DNA of 64,000 nucleotides from Armatimonadota bacterium (GTDB lineage Bacteria; Armatimonadota; SYMT01): NCBI GenBank assembly GCA_041690135.1, contig JAWLHY010000011.1, positions 1 to 64,000 of the forward strand, read 5' to 3'. Shown piece by piece: positions 59,168 to 64,000 of this stretch (position 1 is its first letter; each line of letters starts with the position of its first letter). The notes under the pieces were generated by a model. It saw only the letters and a program-made list of their open reading frames with translations, ran no database searches and was not told where the DNA came from. The position numbers and the translations under genes were made by a program.

Positions 59168-61819
59168 ATGGGTCGTAACTGGACTTTAGGCCTCTTGCTA
59201 CCGGTCGGATTGGGCGTAGGTGTCGCATGCCGTGCCGCCGCCGGCCCGGCGCTGCCCACCCCTGGCACGACCGTCGCGGCCAGAATCCCGTCGACGCAGC
59301 CGGGGCCGGTACAGGTAGAGCTATTCGAGAACCTGCCGGCGGGCTCCGAGCTGGACCCAGGGGCCGGCGAGCCGGCCGAGATCTACACCGAGCCCGCCTT
59401 CGGGTTCGTACGCACCCCGGCAAAGTACTCGTTGAACGCGCTGCCGCTCGACCGCTCGGCTCCGTTCGTGCTGCGGGCCACCCAGGAAGCCCGCCTGCCC
59501 GCGGGAAGCTATCAGTTCCGGCTCCGCGCGCGGGGGGCGGCCCGGCTGCTGCTGGACGGCAAGGTGCTGGGCGAAACGAAGCCGCAGAAGCCGAACGGCT
59601 CCGCCCACCACGATGTTCCCCCGGAACCGCCGAAGACCGATGTCCCGATGCGACCGCTGCCGGCCCCGCACCAGGAAGTGGTGGTGCCGGTGCGCCTGGA
59701 TGGAGCCGCGCACCGGTTCACCCTGGTGGCGGTGATCGGCGGCAAGGGCCTCACCCCCACGCCCGGAGAGCTGTCGGTCAGCTACGGCAAAGCCGGCGAG
59801 ATGCCACGGCTGCTGGGCGGCGAGGACGCCCCACTGTTGACGGACGAGGGCTGGGAGGCCTATGCCGAACAGGCCCAGGCGCGGCATCTCGCGCAGGACA
59901 CGGTCCGGCGGCGCACCCAGAGCGCTCCGGTGATCGCCGCCTGGGACGCGCGCCACGCGAGGGTCCGCGAGTGGCTCCGCACCCGTCCCGCCGCGAAGAT
60001 ACCGGCGATCGGTCCCAAGTTACCGGTCTACAATGCGGTCGACCGCTTCGTCGGCGCCCGGCTGCAGGCGGCGAAGGTCGCTCCCACGGCGCTGACCTCC
60101 GATCTCGAGTTCCTCCGCCGCCTGGCGCTCGACACCACGGGGGTAATCCCCACGGCCGCGGAGATTCGCGCCTTCCTGCGCGATCCGCAGCCGGTCCGGC
60201 GGAAACGGGCCATCGAACGGTACCTGGCCGGCCCCGGCTGGGCGGACCACTGGGTGAGCTACTGGCAGGACGTGCTGGCGGAGAACCCCGGTATCCTCAA
60301 GCCGGACCTGAACAACAGCGGTCCCTTCCGCTGGTGGCTCCACCAGTCCCTCGCCGATAACGTGCCGTTCGACCGCCTGGTGACGGAACTGATCCAGATG
60401 CAGGGCAGCGCGGTGCAGGGAGCGCCCTCCGGTTTCGCCCAGGCCTCTTTCAACGACGCGCCCATGGCCGCCAAGGCGGACATCCTCTCGCAGGCGTTCC
60501 TGGGGCAGAACCTTTCCTGCGCCCGCTGCCACGACGCTCCGGCCCATCCGTTCAAGCAGAAGGAGCTGTTCGCCATCTCGGCGATGCTGACCGGCAAGGC
60601 CGTCACGATCCCCGAGACCAGCACGGTGCGCGTGGTGGCCGGCTTCCACGTGCCGCGGGTCAAAGTGACCACCCAGCCCGGCGAGCCGATTCCGCCGGCG
60701 TGGCCGTTCCAGGACCTGGCTGCCAGGACGACCTTCGCGGTACCCGGTCCCTTCCTGAAGGAGACGGGGGCGAAAGCCGCCACCCTGGCGACCCGGACCG
60801 AACTGGCCTCACTGATCGTGGCGCCGGAGAACGAGCGGTTTGCGCAGGTGCTGGTGAACCGGGTGTGGCAGCGGCTCATGGGAAAAGGCCTGGTGGAGCC
60901 GGCGGATGACTGGACGCGTGGCCGTCCCTCCGATCCGGAGTTACTCCGCTACCTGGCGCGCGAGTTCGTGGCGAGCGGCTACGACGTGAAGGCCGTGGCC
61001 CGGCTCATCCTCTCCTCGCACGCCTACCAGCGGAAGCCGATGGCCATGGCGCCGGAGGAGTCCGTCCCGGCCGACCGCCTCTTCGCCGGCCCGTACCGGC
61101 GGCGGATGAGTGCGGAGCAGTTGGTCGACTCCCTTTTCCAGGGGGTGGGCAAGCAGTTCCGCAGCGAGGAGCTGAACCTGAGCCCCCTCGGCGACCGTCC
61201 GCTGACGCAGTTCCTCAACCTCGGCACCCCGTGCCGGGCGTGGGAGTTCACCGCCCTCTCGAACGAGCGGGACCGCCCCTCGCTGGCTCTCCCGATCGCC
61301 CAGTCCATCAGCGACGTGCTCACCGTCTACGGCTGGCGGCAGGCGCGGCAGAACCCGGCCACGCTGCGGGACGACGCCCCGACCCCGATCCAGACGCTGA
61401 TCCTGGCGAACGGCATCATGGGCACCCGCATCACCCGTCTTTCGGACGACAGCGAGTTCACGGAGCTTTGCCTGGAGGACCGCCCGCTGAACGAGCTGGT
61501 CCGCGAGTTGTTCCTGCGGATCCTCTCCCGCCCGCCCTCAATGAAGGAGAGCCTGGCGTTCCAGGAATACCTGCGGCCGCACTACGCCACCCGGGTGGTG
61601 AAGGGTGCCAAAAAGCGGAAGACGACCCTCGGGCCGGACCGCCGCGTCTCCTGGGCCAACCACCTCAGCGAGAAGGCGAACGAGATCCGCCTGGAAGAAG
61701 AGCGCCGCCTCCGCCTCGGCGATGAGCCCACCGCCCGCCTCACCCCCGCTTTCCGCGAGCGCTTCGAAGACGTGCTCTGGGCCGTAGTCAACTCGCCGGA
61801 ATTCGTCGTCGTGCCGTAA
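59168..61819 (+). CDS. DUF1549/DUF1553 (PSD1-type) protein with a CxxCH motif
   Basis: EFLRRLALDTTGVIPT, CARCHD, VNRVWQRLMGKGLVEP and DVLWAVVNSPEF motifs. Confidence 0.9.
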   Translation: MGRNWTLGLLLPVGLGVGVACRAAAGPALPTPGTTVAARIPSTQPGPVQVELFENLPAGSELDPGAGEPAEIYTEPAFGFVRTPAKYSLNALPLDRSAPFVLRATQEARLPAGSYQFRLRARGAARLLLDGKVLGETKPQKPNGSAHHDVPPEPPKTDVPMRPLPAPHQEVVVPVRLDGAAHRFTLVAVIGGKGLTPTPGELSVSYGKAGEMPRLLGGEDAPLLTDEGWEAYAEQAQARHLAQDTVRRRTQSAPVIAAWDARHARVREWLRTRPAAKIPAIGPKLPVYNAVDRFVGARLQAAKVAPTALTSDLEFLRRLALDTTGVIPTAAEIRAFLRDPQPVRRKRAIERYLAGPGWADHWVSYWQDVLAENPGILKPDLNNSGPFRWWLHQSLADNVPFDRLVTELIQMQGSAVQGAPSGFAQASFNDAPMAAKADILSQAFLGQNLSCARCHDAPAHPFKQKELFAISAMLTGKAVTIPETSTVRVVAGFHVPRVKVTTQPGEPIPPAWPFQDLAARTTFAVPGPFLKETGAKAATLATRTELASLIVAPENERFAQVLVNRVWQRLMGKGLVEPADDWTRGRPSDPELLRYLAREFVASGYDVKAVARLILSSHAYQRKPMAMAPEESVPADRLFAGPYRRRMSAEQLVDSLFQGVGKQFRSEELNLSPLGDRPLTQFLNLGTPCRAWEFTALSNERDRPSLALPIAQSISDVLTVYGWRQARQNPATLRDDAPTPIQTLILANGIMGTRITRLSDDSEFTELCLEDRPLNELVRELFLRILSRPPSMKESLAFQEYLRPHYATRVVKGAKKRKTTLGPDRRVSWANHLSEKANEIRLEEERRLRLGDEPTARLTPAFRERFEDVLWAVVNSPEFVVVP

Positions 61820-62380
61820 TGCGTGATCCGTAATACGTAAGGGAACCGCTCGCGATCAGGAGCGAGAGGAGAATCTGTGGCCAGCGCTGCGCGGGCCAAC
61901 ACGAAAACGCGAAAGGGCGAAAACGCGAAAACGAATTGTGCTAGTTTCTGCCTTACATCAACAGAAACGACGTCATCGCGAGGAGCGAGGTTGACAAACC
62001 GGCTTCATTGATAGCTAACCGCAGTCAGGTTAGAGAACCGAAGTGAAGGTACTCAAGCCGCCGCAAGCGACGTGGCGAGCCCCCTGGTCAGGGGTGCTGT
62101 CCTTATACGGATCGGCAGCCTCCTGGTCAGGGAACACGTCTTGGGGCGGGCGTCATTATCCTTATCGTTGTCCTGGTCCTAATCCATCCCGCCCCCTGGT
62201 CAGGGCACCGGTCATTACACGGAGTCTTTATCCTTATCCATCCCGCCTCCTGGTCAGGGCACTCGACCTGACCAGGGACTCCTTGTCCTAATCGTAATCC
62301 TGGTCCTAATCCATCCCGCTCCCTGGTCAGGGAAGTCGTTCTGGAGCAGGACTCATTATCCTTATCCTTATCTTTACCGT
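61817..62380. repeat. Repeat mosaic separating the DUF1553 and DUF1501 genes
   Basis: TAATGCGTGATCCGTAATACGTAA, CGCGAAA 8-mers (61901-61933), five CCTGGTCAGGG cores plus one inverted, and ATCCTT/ATCCTA hexamers. Confidence 0.8.
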
Positions 62381-62408
62381 CCCAAGAGCGTAGTTGGAGA
62401 TAGATCGA

Positions 62409-63692
62409 ATGCTAGACCGAAGAGCCCTCCTGCAAGCCGGAGCCGCCGCGAGCCTGGGCGGAGTGGTCCCTGCCGTGGCGGCCGAAGCTCCGGCGACGAA
62501 GCCGCCGCGCGGCAAGGCGGACGCGTGTATCTTCCTCTGGCTCAGCGGGGGCGCCGCGCAGATGGACACGTTCGACCCCAAGCGCCTGGGCGATGGGAAG
62601 AAGGTAGCCGGCTCCGCCTATCCCTCCATCGAAACGGCCGTGCCCGGCATCCGGGTTTGCGAGCACCTGAAGCAGACCGCGGCGCTGATGGACCGCTGCG
62701 TGCTGGTCCGCACCCTCACCCACGACTTCGACGACGAGCACGCCGCCGCGACCAACTTCGTCCACATCGGCCGCAAGCCGAGCGGGACCATTGTCTATCC
62801 CTCCTTCGGTTCCATCATCGCCCACGAGTTGGGACCGAAAACGGATGAGGTGCCCGCGTATGTGGTGATGGGCTATCCCAACGTGGCCCGCGACCCCGGC
62901 TTCCTGGGGCCGAAGTACGGCTATGTCTACCTCACCCAGTTGGAGACCGGTCCCAACGGGCTGGTGCGCGCCCCCGACGTGGATGCGCGCCGCCAGGCCG
63001 ACCGGGAGCGACTGCTGGGCGTGCTGCAGCAGGAGGTCCTCCGCCGCAATCCCGGCGACGCCCTGGTGCGCACCCAGGCGGAGATCAGCCGTCAGGGGTT
63101 CCGGATGGCGGGACCGCGGTTCCTGAACGTCTTCGACCTGAAGCGCGAGCCCGCCTCGCTGCGGGAGGCCTACGGCAGCGAATTCGGCCAGCGCTGTCTG
63201 CTGGCGCGGCGGCTGGTCCAGTCCGGCGTGCGGTTCGTGGAGGTCTCCTCCAACCTCAACTTCCTGAACGGCACCGGCTGGGACACCCACAACGAAGGCC
63301 AGGCCAAGCAGCACCTGCTGATCCAGGAGTTGGACCAGGCGCTCTCCACCCTGATCCAGGACCTGGAAAAGCACCGGATGCTCGACACCACCCTCATCGC
63401 CATCGCCACGGAGTTCGGCCGCCCGCCGGAGTTCGATGCGAAGGGGGGCCGCGGGCACCAGTCCGCCGCCTTCACCGGCGTGCTGGCCGGCGGTGGGCTG
63501 CGCACCGGTAAGGTGATCGGCGAGACCGACGACCTGGCCAAGAAGATCGTGGAGCGCCCCGTGACCATCCCGGACTTCCACGCCACTATTCACGCCGCCC
63601 TGGGCATCGACCCGGCCAAGCCCCTCCACGCCGGCACCCGCCCTGTCCCCATCACCGACTACGGGAGAGTCATCACCGAGCTCTTCGGGTAG
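62409..63692 (+). CDS. DUF1501 protein with a Tat-like signal
   Basis: DRRALLQ, IFLWLSGGAAQMDTFDPK, FGQRCLLARRLV, GWDTH and TEFGRPP motifs. Confidence 0.92.
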   Translation: MLDRRALLQAGAAASLGGVVPAVAAEAPATKPPRGKADACIFLWLSGGAAQMDTFDPKRLGDGKKVAGSAYPSIETAVPGIRVCEHLKQTAALMDRCVLVRTLTHDFDDEHAAATNFVHIGRKPSGTIVYPSFGSIIAHELGPKTDEVPAYVVMGYPNVARDPGFLGPKYGYVYLTQLETGPNGLVRAPDVDARRQADRERLLGVLQQEVLRRNPGDALVRTQAEISRQGFRMAGPRFLNVFDLKREPASLREAYGSEFGQRCLLARRLVQSGVRFVEVSSNLNFLNGTGWDTHNEGQAKQHLLIQELDQALSTLIQDLEKHRMLDTTLIAIATEFGRPPEFDAKGGRGHQSAAFTGVLAGGGLRTGKVIGETDDLAKKIVERPVTIPDFHATIHAALGIDPAKPLHAGTRPVPITDYGRVITELFG

Positions 63693-63710
63693 GGGTTCCG
63701 GACCGGGCGC

Positions 63711-63970
63711 AAACAGGATGGACAGGATGATTAGGATGGGGACGGTAGAGGAGATCCGCTCCCAGGGCTGAAGAGCCGGCAATGATCCGAGGTTCTACGA
63801 ATGCTTACAACAGATCTGTTGCGCAACAGTCTTGTTGTAAGCTCTCGTGACCAGAGCGCCAGAGTTGGTAAGAGCCGGATCGGAGCCCCGGAGGGGCGGC
63901 TAGAGGATAGCCGGGGGTGCAAGCCCCCGGACCCAGGGTGATTGAGAAGATAGCCCTGGAGGGGCGACCA
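63711..63970. repeat. 9-mer tract and REP-like palindromes
   Basis: AACAGGATGGACAGGATGATTAGGATG (related to the reverse complement of 14810-14836); GCCCCGGAGGGGC...CCGGGGGTGCAAGCCCCCGG...GCCCTGGAGGGGC. Confidence 0.65.
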
Positions 63971-64000
63971 GAAATCGGGCACCCGTCTCTGGGTAGGGGG

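Noticed and set aside
62080-62380. CRISPR array
   Set aside because: Core only 11 bp, spacing irregular (39-73 nt), spacers share sequence, no cas genes

Overview
GC-rich bacterial DNA, probably Armatimonadota or a PVC-like lineage (inferred from two [24 protein letters not shown]...H-X9-DG DUF1559 genes, a DUF1549/1553-DUF1501 pair and a sulfatase). 0-11.3 kb is an accessory polymorphic-toxin region: an IS630 element, three orphan Rhs core/C-terminal toxin cassettes with lower-GC candidate immunity genes, IS5 and IS66 remnants, and a fourth Rhs relic. All three Rhs cassettes carry the same 19-bp hairpin insert. It occupies two different homologous positions, puts a TAG in the old frame and brings a target-derived ATG/GTG into frame with the downstream Rhs sequence (in cassette 2 a separate 7-bp duplication breaks this again). 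11.6-18 kb is a three-gene cluster: a GT87-like glycosyltransferase fused to a C39 peptidase, a GH99-like protein lacking both catalytic Glu, and a TPR-C39 protein. The two C39-bearing genes are invaded in predicted loops by composite short-repeat elements that also fill intergenic spaces, and a 12x7-mer tract coincides with a frameshift that one extra unit would repair. The rest is mostly housekeeping or metabolic: mrpABCDEFG (candidate Na+ riboswitch), lctP-ldhA, SulP and carbonic anhydrase, CBS, terC with a yybP-ykoY riboswitch, a histidine kinase, a sulfatase, MFS transporters, HADs, an ALDH, fabF-TetR, ArsR-SRPBCC, bestrophin, Uma2, GNAT and LacI-DUF1559-DUF1553-DUF1501. No rRNA, tRNA or CRISPR array was seen. 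All family calls come from motif recognition by eye; no database searches were run.
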